DNA of 63,966 nt, counting the filler, from Reclinomonas americana ATCC 50394 (taxonomy: Eukaryota), in NCBI GenBank assembly GCA_048213135.1. It is 11 parts of 11 records of this genome, joined end to end, with 100 filler letters (N's around TTAATTAATTAA, not from the genome) between each part and the next. Parts side by side here need not be neighbours in the genome. Positions count along the whole stretch, not along the records: positions 46,520 to 55,518 come from AFZH01020976.1; positions 55,619 to 58,622 come from AFZH01020980.1; positions 58,723 to 60,535 come from AFZH01020982.1; positions 60,636 to 63,966 come from AFZH01020985.1; 7 more parts are not named here. The stretch is one strand, 5' to 3'. The translations under genes and the position numbers were made by a program. Positions 49,655-61,959 of the stretch are shown piece after piece. Below the pieces are notes generated by a model. That model was given only the letters and a program-made list of their open reading frames with translations. It was not told the DNA's origin and did not search any database. How positions within the stretch are numbered: position 1 is the first letter of the stretch; each line of letters starts with the position of its first letter.

Positions 49655-50921
49655 TCACATGGGCCACACCACGCCGCCCATGATCATGTCGACGAGCCCC
49701 ACTGGTTTCTGCGCACCTCGATCTCCAGCTGCCGCGGCTGTCGCCGCCATACTCGTTGCGCCCGCCGCCGCTGTTCCGCGCACCATGCTGCCCATGATGA
49801 AGTCGAGCAGGTGGTCCGGCACCGCCTCGCCGCCACCGCCTCGTCCCTGCGGTGCCACTGGGGCGGCCGATGCTGCGCCGCCAGACGAGGACGAGGACGA
49901 GCTGGTGGTCGTGGTGGTGGCTGCAGTCGAAGGCGATGTGGTGTGCGTGAGCCGCTGCCGCAGCTCGTCTTGTATGCGGATCTTGTTGCGCACGGCAGGC
50001 GGCTACACAAAGCCACCACGTCTCAGTCTCCGGAAAAACGGCAAGGAGCCTGGCACACACACATACGTACCGAAAACGCTTCGTCTTCGCGACCGTCAAA
50101 GCCCTTGGCCTTGGTGCGCTTCCGGGCGTTGATGAACCCTGCGCACAACAAACCCCACACAGTCAGTGGTACTCGCGACACAACACGAACTGTTTTTCGC
50201 TTCGCACAGTTGTTGACTTGTTTCTGCAGAGGCCAGTGAGCAATACAAAAACAGTTTCAGTATTTTTGTGACGTCCTGCACGCAACAATGGTGAGGCCGG
50301 TCTCGGCGGCCAGCTGTGCCTTCTCGTCGTCGTCAGGATATGGACTGCGAAACAAGCAAAGGGTGAGCGGATTGTCTGTCTCACGGATCGTCGAGCACGC
50401 AACTGCTGACGATTTTCGTGAAACCACGAGCGCAGAATGTGGGTCGACAACTCTGGCAGCAACTTGCTGCGCTTGCGCGCCGCCGCCAACTCCACCGTCA
50501 GCTCCTCCAGTTCCGTCTCGCACTGCCGCTTCAGCTGATTGAGCGAGCGATCGCGCGAGGAGGAAGCCGGTGACGCCATGATCGGCGACATGACACTGGC
50601 AGGCACGGAAGGCACGGCTGGCGCAAGCACAGCCTCCAGATCACGCTCCATGTCGGAGATGTGCTGCTGCATCACGGCCTCCCACTGGGTGCGCTGCCGA
50701 TCGACGTCGGCTTTCAGCTGGCACAGCAGCGACACGGCACGAGTGAGAAACGTCTCTGCGACATTGTCGAGACTGCCGCCGAGCTCTCCATCGTCGTCGT
50801 CGTCGACGACCTCGTCATCAAGCATGCCCACATCCTCGTCGACATTCTCCAGCTCAAAGGTGGCGCGAAACGAGTCCACCAGCTGCCGCCACAGCACATG
50901 GGCACGGATCCTGCTCTCCAT
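49655..50921 (-). CDS. KNOX-like TALE homeodomain protein (MEINOX-like + ELK-like + homeodomain), 335 aa; exons 50921-50404, 50344-50287, 50223-50208, 50138-50071, 50002-49655
   Basis: Homeodomain [57 protein letters not shown]; upstream IRAHVLWRQLVDSF (KNOX1-like), ETFLTRAVSLLCQLKADV...EAVM (KNOX2-like), LKRQCETELEELTVEL (ELK-like); exon lengths sum to 1008 nt in frame. Confidence 0.85.
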
Positions 50922-51285
50922 CGATGATCGTCGGAAGAAAGGCACACTCACACCACAACAGCACTTGCAGGCGGCAAGACGCGGCGGATCGGGGGAACAG
51001 CAACCGTCAGGCACTGCCGCAATCGACAAGAGCAGTCGGCGCAGGAAAAAAACGGAAGAACCCGACCAGAGAGACTTACAGTGATGTGCTGCGTGACACT
51101 TATTCTTCCGCTCTTTCTCCGCGAGACAACTCGTGTCGAACTCGCCAATCATTTGTTCTTTTCATCCAGTGCAGCGGTGAGCGCGCCACCTGCAGGCGGT
51201 GAGTGTGGATGTGCGCGCGTCAGATTTCTTCTCACTGACTGCTGATCTCTCTCACACTCGACACAGAGAGAGAGAGAGAGGGAGA

Positions 51286-52598
51286 ATGCTGACCGACTGT
51301 GGGTTCCACGACGAGCTCGAGTTTGGCTTCCCACTGGCCACCACCGACTACTTCCCAGGCAGCAAGCACACGGCCATGGATCCACTCGACAACGACGATC
51401 TCTGGTCCTCACTCTCCATCGACATGTTCCTGATGGCCTCACTGGCCTCACCTCCTGCGCTTCTACCTCCACCTCCTCCACCGCCTGCTGCACTGCTGCT
51501 TCAGTCGTCGCCAGTGCCACGCATGCTCGAGGCACTGGTGAGCGGCCACCAATCGATCAGGCAGGCGGTGGAGGACGCGAGTCGAGCGGCAACGGCGGCT
51601 TCCATATGCGGCTTGTCCACTGATAGTTCGCGCCAATCGCGATTACTGGAGCTCCAGTTTCCGCGAGTGGCCAGCGCCAGTCGCTTTGCGTCGCATGTGC
51701 GCGATGAAGTGTGGCGCCGCTGGTCGGCGGCCCGCCAGATCCTGCTGGCAACGGTGGAGCGCATACTGCATCAGTCGCTGGATAATATGGCCGAATGCGG
51801 CGATGATGATTACGACATTGCGACTCTGGTGCTGTTACCGGCCTCGGCGATGCGTGCTCTGCTCTGCAGACTGGCCGATCTCGTGCGGATGCGCACGGTG
51901 CAGGTGGCGGTGGCGGCTGCCGATGCGCGCCTGGTGCAGTATCTGCGTGGCGTCGAGAGCTCGCTGGTACAACCGCCTTTACCGGCGCCGGTACAACGGT
52001 CATCATCGTCGACAACAACAACAACAACGGTGGCAACGGCGGCAATAGCAGCCAGCATCGGCTGCAGCCTGCCACCTCCTCCAGTCCTCCATCAAATGCC
52101 ACTGCTACCACCGCCACCACCACCGCCACCACCACCTATGCCGCGATCGCGGCCACTTGTGCGGTCGCCGATAGCACGAACGCGCTGCAACAAGCTGTCG
52201 GAGGACTCGGTTGGCCCGCTGCGCGACTGGTTCCTGTCGCACGCCCACCACCCGTACCCAACGACTGCCGAGAAGAGGAATCTGGCGTTCCTGACCGGTC
52301 TCCAGGAGCGTCAAGTGAGCAACTGGTTCACCAACATGCGAGGTTTGTCACGACGACCACGCTGCTTACTCTGCCCAACTCACCTCCTCCTTTTGCTGCT
52401 GACCCAGTGCGCCACTGGAAGGCAGTGCGAGAAGGCGGCTCGCCCAGCGTCGGCCAGTCGGGCACCGTCGATTTGGCGCGTCGCCGCCACAGTGCACCGG
52501 CAACCGCTCACTACCGTGTGAAGGAAGAGAACGAAGAGGACGAAGAGGAAGAAGAAGAAGACAACGACAGCGGCAGCGGGTACGCTCGCCGGCGGTGA
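51286..52598 (+). CDS. BELL-like (non-KNOX) TALE homeodomain protein, 415 aa; exons 51286-52342, 52408-52598
   Basis: Homeodomain KLSEDSVGPLRDWFLSHAHHPYPTTAEKRNLAFLTGLQERQVSNWFTNMR|VRHWK; the RVRxWK end resembles plant BELL WFINARVRLWK; subclass assignment is tentative. Confidence 0.85.
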
Positions 52599-52806
52599 TG
52601 AGAGGGGAAAAATGAAGGCGACCATCGACGCTTCGGATACGCTAATGGGTGGTTACGCATATAATAAGCCGGTTTCCCTCACGATTCACATACTGTGTGT
52701 GTTTCTTTTCTCGCTCCTGTAACAAGCACACACGCACGCACTCACACACAGACAGACAGACAGTCATTGCACAGAATACAGGCATACTCCAACCGCGACC
52801 TTGCAC

Positions 52807-55459
52807 TTAATGTCGCGACTTGTTGCCGCTCTTGCCCGAGGCGGCGGCGGCAGGTGCGCCGGCCGCTGACGGCGCGGCAGAGCCGCCTGGCGATGCCTTG
52901 GCGTGCGCGGCGCTCTTCGAGGGTCCAGGAGGCGGCAATGACGAGGCGGCCGACACAGCCGACTGGCCGACCGACGGCGGCGACTGTGAGGTGGCCTTAG
53001 ACGGGCCGGTGCCCACCGGGCTGCCGATGCCGCGGTGAGAGGCGGCAGCGGCGGCAGCAGCAGCAGCTGAGCTGGCCGACGACGGCGAGGTGCCAGCAGA
53101 GCCAGCGGCGACGTTGGCGGGGATGTTGGGTTGCGCGTACGGATCCGGGCGCGGGCACGGTTGCACGCCCCAGATGAGCTTGGCGTACTCGCCCACCGAG
53201 CGGTCGCTCGAAAAGTGGCCCGAGAAGGCCGTCGACAGAATCGATCGCTTGATCCACTCCTGCTGGTTGCGGTACAGGTCGTCCACGCGCTCCTGCGCCT
53301 CGAGGTAGTCCGCAAAGTCGTAGCCCGTAAGGTAGTAGTCGTTCGGGCCGTCAATGGCGTGCAGAATGCTGGCAAACAGCTCGGGGTCGCCAAACGTGCC
53401 GGCGCGGATCAGCTCCTTGACGCGCTCCAGGCGCGAGTCCTCCAGGAACTCGCCGCTCCTGCGGAAGAGGAGGAGAGAGAGAAGGATAAGTGAGGGGGAA
53501 GAAGGGAAGGGGGGAGGGAGGGGAAAGAGGGAAAAGGGGGAAGTGAAGGGGGGAAGGGAAAGGAGGGGGAAGGGAAAGGGGGAAAGGAGAAGAAAAAAGG
53601 CAAAAGGACGAGGGAAGGGAGAGGAGACGGAGGCAAGGAACGGAAGTCGTCAGGAGACGAGAGGAGCGAGATTGAGGACAGGACGAGTGAGGATGAAAAA
53701 AAAAGAGGAGGCAAGACGTGCGGGCATAGCACGACAAGGGACTGATGTGCGGCCATCGAACTATGAGAGAGAGAGAGAGAGAGACCTTCCCCATCCTCTG
53801 CTCCACCCACTCTCCAGATCACAAACTCACCGAACGCGATCACGAGCCGTGGCCACGTCGTCCTTCAGCGTACCAAAGATGAACATGTTCTCTGAGCCGA
53901 TGCGCTCCGCAATCTCAATGTTGGCGCCATCCATGGTGCCGATGAGCAGGCAGCCGTTCATCGCAAACTTCATGTTGCTGGTGCCCGACGCCTCCGTGCC
54001 GGCAGTGGAAATGTGCTGCGACAGATCCGAGGCCGGGATGATGACCTCGGCCAACGACACGTTGTAGTTGGGCAGGAACAGCAGCTTGAGGTACTGGTTC
54101 GTCTCCGGGTCCGAGTTGATCACGTCGCCCACCGAGTTGACGAGCTTGATGATGAGCTTGGCCATGGCGTAGCCAGGAGCGGCCTTGCCGCCAATCATCA
54201 CCGTGCGCTTCACCACGTCGCTGCGCTCCGCCGGCGTCATGCGCTTCAGGCGGTCGTAGCGGTAGATCACGCTTAGTACGTTCAGCAGCTGGCGCTTGTA
54301 CTCTGCGGTGCGGAGGGGATGAGACGAGAAGTGATAAAATTTAGAAGGGAAGCTGGTGGAACAAACCGTGGATGCGCTTGATCTGCACGTCGAACATCGA
54401 GTCGGTGCTGATCTGCACGCCCAGCGTCTGCTGCACGTACTCGGCCAACACACGCTGTGCGGAGAAGAGATAATTAGAAACATGCGTCTCGTCGCAGACA
54501 TCACACTCTTTCTCTCTTTCTCGCTCACCTTGTTGAACTGACGAATCTCAATCCACTCGCGCTGCAGCTCGGGATCCGAGACGTGATCGGCCAGATCGGC
54601 CAGCTTCTCCATGTTGAGCAGCCAGTCGTCCTGCTCGATCCACTTGGAGATGAGGTCGGCGTACTTCGGGTTGGCAATGGCCAGCCAGCGGCGCGGGGTG
54701 ACACCGTTGGTGACGTTGAAGAAGCGCTCGGGGTACATGTCGGAGAACTCCTTGAACACGTGCGTGCGGAGAATCTCCGAGTGGATCATGGCCACGCCGT
54801 TGACGGCGTGCGAGCCCACAATGGCCAGGAAGGCCATGCGCACCATCTTGGTGTCGCCCTCCTCGATGATGCTCATGCGGCGGATGCGATCAATGTCGCC
54901 AGGGTAGCGAGCGGCAACCTCCAGCAGGAAGCGGTGGTTGATTTCAAAAATGATCTGCATGTGGCTGCACCGACGACAAGGTCAGAAAAAAGTGAGGGTG
55001 ACGGGGGGAGGAAAGAGATGAAACAAAAAAAGCGACTGACCGAGGCAGCAGGTGCTCCATCAGCGGCACCGGCCACTTCTCCAGGGCCTCCGGCAGCACA
55101 GTGTGGTTGGTGAAGGCAAAGACACCGCGGGTGACGGCCCAGGCCTCGTCCCAGCCCATGAACTCGTCGTCGACGAGCAGGCGCATCAGCTCGGCCACCG
55201 AGATGGTCGGGTGCGTGTCGTTCAGCTGGATGACGACCTTGTCGGCCAGCTGGGTCAGCGGGCGGTGCTGCTTCTTGAAGCGGCGCACCACATCCTGCAG
55301 CGTGGCGCTCGAGAAGAAGTACTGCTGCTTCAGGCGCAGCTCCTTGCCGACGTAGGTGTTGTCGTTCGGGTACAGCACGTACGACACGGACTCGGCACGG
55401 CGGCGGTGCTCAATGGCCGAGATGTAGTCGCCCGAGTTGAAGGACTGCAGGTCGAATTC
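52807..55459 (-). CDS. PYG: Glycogen/starch phosphorylase (GT35), 5' part lost in gap
   Basis: [77 protein letters not shown] (PLP lysine); [11 protein letters not shown]. Confidence 0.97.
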
Positions 55460-55618
55460 CTGTAAAGAGGGACGTGATGAGAAAAGGGGAGGGAAGGGAG
55501 GGAAGGGAAGGGGAAGGANNNNNNNNNNNNNNNNNNNNNNNNNNNNNNNNNNNNNNNNNNNNTTAATTAATTAANNNNNNNNNNNNNNNNNNNNNNNNNN
55601 NNNNNNNNNNNNNNNNNN

Positions 55619-58198
55619 TGGGATGTCCACGTGGCCAAAGAGCACAGCAAACTCATAGGCCTCCGCCGACGGGAACTGATCGCGACGTAGTCGCAGGCTC
55701 ATCTGTTGCGCCGTCTGCGCAAGTGATTCTAGGCGACGAGCAGCCTCCTGTTCCTGTTCCAGTTTCGCGCGACGCATGGCTCGAAATTCGTCTGCCACTC
55801 TGGACACCGCCGCATGAAGGTGCGGATCAGCCGGTACCTGCGTCACATCAGTGCCAGCGGCGGTAGTTCGCACAATGTCACCATCAGCGGCATCTCCGGG
55901 CTGCGTATCCGCCGCCACCAATGGCGCCGCCGGTACCGGCACTCGATTGTCCTCATCGGCCTCCTTTGCCATGTCACCGCTCTGTGACTCCGTTACGTCG
56001 AGTCCTTCCTCGCCTTCCTCCATTTTGGTGGCCAGTACTCGGTTATGTCGATGCTGTTACGTCGTCGGCAACCAGCATGAGTAAGGGATGCGCAGACAGA
56101 AACTAGTCGACAGTGTGTGTGCGTGCATGTGTGCTGTCAACGAAACTGCGGTGCCAGGTGGCGAGACACGAAGCAGAGAGGCGGCGGAGACGCCAGCCGA
56201 GCTCTCCGAGCGGTGCGTTACCCAGTCCTCAGTGTTGACGGTGTTCTCGCCGGCGTGTACGAGACGGCGCACAGGGCCACCTCCACTACCAGCAGTGAGT
56301 ACCTTTCGGCCGGTGACACGCTTTCCGCCCCTGCTGTTATCGGTTGCACCAGTCCGACCAGCCAACATTTCCTCCTCCTCCTCCTCTTCTTCATCGTCGT
56401 CGTCGTCGTCGTCGCTGTCGGAACCGTTGCGCTGTGGGGCAGTTTGCGGTCGATCGGCAGCAGAGGCCTGGAGAATGTGGGCTGCAGACTGGCGATTCAG
56501 CGCTCCAGCTGGAAATCGATGCCCCCTGCCAACCAACACACATGCTACTTGTGAGCAGGCACAGGCACACAGTGGCAAAGTGGAGGACGCCCAACCTCCA
56601 GTTGCCAGCCGAGCGCACATCCCTTCGCTTTCCTAGGGTCGTCGCGGGTGCGGGCAGCAGCAGTCCCTCCTGGTGCGGAGACGTGCGTGAAAAGCCGACC
56701 AATTCTGCAGGTGTGACAGCCGCGCGGATGGCACCCATCTGCGAGACGCACACCACTCGTGTGAGTGCTCTTCTGTCCCCCCCTTTGACCGATTCCCGCA
56801 AACCAAATTACCCGCACCACGGCAGTGGAACAAGGTTGCCATTTGTTGTCAACACGTGGTGTGACCGCGTTGCGCTCGGGGGCACGAAGCGACAACAGCG
56901 TGTGCATGTGTTCGAGGTCTGAGCGAATCTGGCGCAGTTTCCACGACAATCTGCAAGAGTGGTGGCGGTCGGTCTCAGTGCCTCGTCCCTCCACAGCCAC
57001 GGGAATCAAACCTCTCATGATCCTTTTCTCTCCACCCATGCAGCACGGCATGACGCGCGTGGTGTCTGGCCACCAGCGCGTCACGTTCACGCCGACACTG
57101 ATTGAGATACGTCCGCACGGCCACAAACGAGGCCAGCACGTGCTCTATGTGCAGCTCCTACACGACGCATGTCTCGTCAGCGCACATACAGAAAACACGC
57201 ACGCATACACGCGTGCATACGCACCAGCTCGTCATGATACTGCTGGTCTTCGTCTGCAATCGCCGGCAGTGTGATCACCGGCAAGGCACCAACATCGGTC
57301 GGCACTCGATCCAGGTAGCTGACCACATCAAGCACGCCCGCACGGTGTTTTTGCTGCGCCACGGTCACCCACAGAAGAGCAGTTGAGCACACAGCAACAA
57401 GACATTCAAAGGGCGACAAGAAGAAACGCGCACCTTGAGCACGCTCAGCGCGGTACCATCGGATCGTTGGCACACCTCCATCATCTGATCCCACAGGGCG
57501 TTGAGGTCGTCAACCAGCGACCTGGCAAACAGGTCCAGGTACTCGTGCTGCGGCAAGAGATTGTGAAAATCTCCACCACTACCACCAAACGAGCAACGAC
57601 GACCATGACAACAACTGACGCAACATTGTGACGCGCCTTGCGCTGCAGTTGTTTGCGCTCTCGTGCCAACGCGCGGCGTGTCTCACCCGTGGTCGACTCG
57701 ACTTGATCGTGCACACGCTGCGCCTCTTGCAGCGCCTCGCGGAACAATCCCTCCACTGGTGTACTGTTGGGTGCACGTGTGTGTGTGTGTGTGTGTCAGT
57801 CCAAGCGCACGCTCTCTCCTCCCTCCCACTCTCTTGACCAATACACAAACACGCACACACGCATACGAAAGGAGTGCAAAATCACAACGAGAGCGAGCGT
57901 GCGGCCATGTCGTGTCACATACAGAGACACTCAACATCTTCTCATCGAGTCGAGCCACCAGCGACACTTCATCCTCTGTGATGGTGACGCCGGCGGGGAC
58001 ACTCGCTGTGTGCTGCTCATGGGTGGGGAGCGCAGGTGCCGAGCCGCTCTTGCGCAGCGATCCGTGTCGCAAGCTGCTGCCACTCTTCTTGCGGTGGTGG
58101 TGAGGTGGTGGCGGGGTCGGCGGTCCCACCTGATGGGGGCCGTCGACGGGGCTGCCGGGCGTCGACACCACAATGTGTGGCGCCGTCGGCGCTGCCAT
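55619..58198 (-). CDS. Unknown multi-exon protein with coiled-coil and acidic segments, 3' partial
   Basis: Exons join in frame: MAAPTAP...LDEKI|TPVEGLF...ARHN|HEYLDLF...VLK|QKHRAG...DEL|ELHIEH...; no family recognised. Confidence 0.6.
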
Positions 58199-58501
58199 CC
58201 GATATGAGCGTTGTGTGCTAGGGGGGCACGCGATGAGAACACGGTTTGATGGGCAATGACAGCACCCCAACGAAACAATAAGTAGGGGTACAGTACCCCA
58301 AGAAGGGAAATTTCAGAAAGCAGAAAGAGAATTGAAAGAAGTGACAGAGGAGAGGGGAAAAGAAGGCAGGGGAAGGAGACAAGAGAAGAGGAGAGATGTG
58401 AATAGAAGACAAAAAAGACTTACCACACAGTTTGCTTCTGCGCAGCATGAGAGAAAAACGGGAGTTAGCCGACCGCCCCTTCCACCCATCGTTACCCCAT
58501 C

Positions 58502-58589
<88 letters not shown>

Positions 58590-58722
58590 TAGAAGAAGAA
58601 GAAGAAGAAGAAGAAGAACGACNNNNNNNNNNNNNNNNNNNNNNNNNNNNNNNNNNNNNNNNNNNNTTAATTAATTAANNNNNNNNNNNNNNNNNNNNNN
58701 NNNNNNNNNNNNNNNNNNNNNN

Positions 58723-60241
58723 GATGTAGTAGGTCGACAGGTTGGCGTTCACGATCCAGTGCCAGTGCCGTTGGTGGACGGAATGGAGCTGGTGTCAATG
58801 TTGACGGCAGAGCCGGCAGTGGCCGCAGTCACCGATGAGGCACTGGTGGTCGAGTATACCACACGGTAGGCGTTCACGTTCGGGGTCGGGGTCGTCACGT
58901 TGCCCTGAGTGGCGCTCGAGGTGGCGGTGTTGGAGCCGCCGACGCTGATCGGGGTCGAGAAGTTGAGGCGCACGCCAGTCGAGAACAGGCGCGAGTACGC
59001 CACGTTGGTGGGCGCAGCAGGCACGTGCACCGAGCCGTTGTTGTCGGTGGTGGCCTGGATGGAGCCGGCAGCCGACGCAGTCGTGCCGGTGCCGCTGACA
59101 GTGAAGATAACCTTGACCGTGTACTGGGTTGCAGCCACAAAGTTGTTGGCATTGCCGCTCACAGTAAAGCCGGTGATCTGCTGGTAGAAGTCAGAGCTGT
59201 ACGAGAACAGGCCGTAGAACGAGGTGGTGAGCGTGCCGTTGCCAGTCGCGCCAGAGGTGATGGCAGGCTGGTCAGTGCTGGCATTGGTCACCGTGAAGGC
59301 GGCGGTCGGCGCAGCGGTAGTGTCGCCCGTGCCAATGGTGGCAGGGTAGTTGAAGGCGACGACAAACGACGTCGACAGCGAAGTCACCTGGTCCACAGAG
59401 CCAGTGTACGGAGCCACAGCGTAGCCAGTCGGCGTGGCCGGCGCACCCGACGCCAGCGTCACCGTCACGGCGGTCGAGAACGTCAGGCTGGCACCGTTCG
59501 CTTCCGGAGTGCCGCTGCCGTTGTTGTAGGTCGTCGAGATGGCGCAGCTGGTGCCAAAGCAGGCCAGTGACCTTGACGAGCACGCGGTTGCGCGACAGAC
59601 CAGAGCTGCCGGCCGGGATGCCAAAGTCGGTCAGGTCGGCAATGGTGGTGACCACAGTCATGATCACCGCACCGCTGCCGCAGTCCGACTTGACGTACCA
59701 CGAGGCAGCGTTGATGACACCCACATTGGCCGCCACACCCTCCCACTCCACCCACGCCGAGGCGTAGCGGAGGTTGGACGACAGCGTCGGCGCCGCAGTC
59801 GACACCTTGGCAGCATCGGTGCCGCTGGTGGTCAGAGTGCCGCTCCAGGGCGCAGTCGAACGGTTCACCTGCGACTCAGTCCACACGTTGATGGTGTAGC
59901 CCTGGCCAGTGGTGGCATTGGCGGCGGCGAGAGTGGACAGAGTCACACCGCGCCACGCAGCAGACGAGATGTTGGCGCTAGTCACAGTGGTGGGACCAGT
60001 GTCGCCGGTCAAGAACGCGCGGTAGGCAGTGGAGCCGGTGGCGAGGTTGGTCGTCTGCTGCACAGTGAGAGACGTGTTGATGTCCTGGAACTGGTTGGCG
60101 CCAGTACTAGTGCCCACCGAGCCAATGGTGGAGAGACCGCCCAGGCCGACAAGGTCAGTCACAGCTGCAGCCAGATGGTGGCCTGGGTGCTGCCGATGTA
60201 GTAGATGGCGTCGGAGCCGGCGGTGGCGGACGGGCCGCCGT
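58723..60241 (-). CDS. Thr/Ser/Gly-rich beta-strand surface protein with FN3-like features, internal exon with three frameshifts
   Basis: VKVTGL-FGT, VPAAPTNV, YRVVYST, GQGYTINVWT motifs and strong codon bias; frame changes near 60175, 59560 and 58762. Confidence 0.55.
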
Positions 60242-60664
60242 CTGTTTTGACGGGAGGAGAAGTGTGAGCTCGAGCTCCGGGCGGAGAGAAGAAGAAAAGG
60301 GAGTGACAGAGTGGGAGAGAGAGACAGAGAGGGAGAGAGAGACAGAGAGGGAGAGAGACACAGAGAGGGAGAGAGAAAAAAGAATGCGCATATGTGTGCG
60401 TGTGTGCGTGTGTGAGAGAGGTGGGGTGAGAGAGAACCATCGTCGGCACGACAGGTTGTCAAATGCAGTCGGAAAAATGCTTGGTCTGCGGCGGCAAATC
60501 TGCATTGAGCAACCCCTGGTCCGGCGCGATCGCCANNNNNNNNNNNNNNNNNNNNNNNNNNNNNNNNNNNNNNNNNNNNTTAATTAATTAANNNNNNNNN
60601 NNNNNNNNNNNNNNNNNNNNNNNNNNNNNNNNNNNGAGGAAGACTACGCGCGTGTCGACTGACT

Positions 60665-61880
60665 TGGACGACTCGAAGCGGATCTGGTAGGCGATCTGCG
60701 AGCCGTACTCGTTCAACGTTTCCTGCACCAATGACAACGACGACGAGCGTCATGTTAGCAATCGTCGCAGCCGCACGCTGCAATCTGCGGCAGCACACAC
60801 ACCTGCGCCACGCGACGGCAGAGCGACATGGCCGAAATGCGTCGCGGCTGTGTGCAGGCGATGCGACGGTAGCCAGCATCGAGTAGGTATTGCGGTACTT
60901 GCGTCGACTTGCCACAGCCCGTGTCGCCGGCCACCAACACAATCTGATTGTCGCGCACGGCCTCCAGCAGCTCCTCTCGATGAGCCGCCATGGGCAGATT
61001 GGCTCGGTCCTGCTGCAGCTTGGCGATCTTGGCCATGGTCTTCTTTTGCAAAAAGTCCTCGAAGAGCACCATGGCCTTCAGGAACTCGTCCACTGCACGG
61101 CGCGACAAGTGCGGCTCCCACCTTTTGCGAGTCACGTGAGCGCCGACGAACGCGTAGCAAGTAAACAGTCACAAAACGTACCGACTGCGCAAGGCCTCCA
61201 CACGCGCCAACATGTCCGGCGACAAGGCAAAGTTCACACGATGCCGGTTGTCGTACTGCTCGGGGAACTGCTGAAACACAGCCGCCGCTCGCCGATCCGC
61301 ACTGCTTCCATGCAGGAGCTCCGCCACCGACACTCGCGGTTTCGATCGCGCGCCCGTCGTCCCCGCAGGCCTGCCCGTGGCAGCCACACGCTGCCTCACG
61401 TAGGAGCAGTAGTTGTCGTAGAACTCTGCATGCACTCAGCGTGAGACGGGAATCGCACAGACCGCAATGCAGGTATCGCACCTCGAAACTCGCGATATTT
61501 TTGCGAGTACGGCTGAATGAGATCACGATGCGAGAAGAACACCTCCTGCAGCAGCGGCTCAAACGTGGCAAACTCAATCAACCCGTCGTCTTCACCCTCT
61601 GCACCAGAATGATGATGATCCGTCAGGACAAGTGCATTCAGACTCGTCATCACCATCATCGCCAACCTTTGCGCATTGACGGTGGCGGCGCTGGACCTGC
61701 TACGGAGGTTGTCCTCGATGTTGACTTGCGTCGCGTTTCATGTCGCCTCTTGTCCTCATCACTGGCATCACTGGCATCATCAGCATCCTTGCCTGTACGT
61801 TGCGTGGCAGTGATGGCAGCTGGCGTCGATACGCCAAGCTCGACATCCCACTTGGAGATGCGTGATCGCTTGCGCTCCAT
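60665..61880 (-). CDS. DHX34: DEAH-box RNA helicase DHX34, 5' part
   Basis: [87 protein letters not shown]. Confidence 0.9.
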
Positions 61881-61959
61881 CGCCGTAGGAAAGGTTTGAT
61901 GTAATGGTGGATTGCGGATCAATTGAACCCCACTATCACGACACAGACACACACCTTCG

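Noticed and set aside
59550..59570. Programmed ribosomal frameshift in the surface-protein gene
   Set aside because: No slippery heptamer, and two more frame breaks nearby point to indel errors or decay
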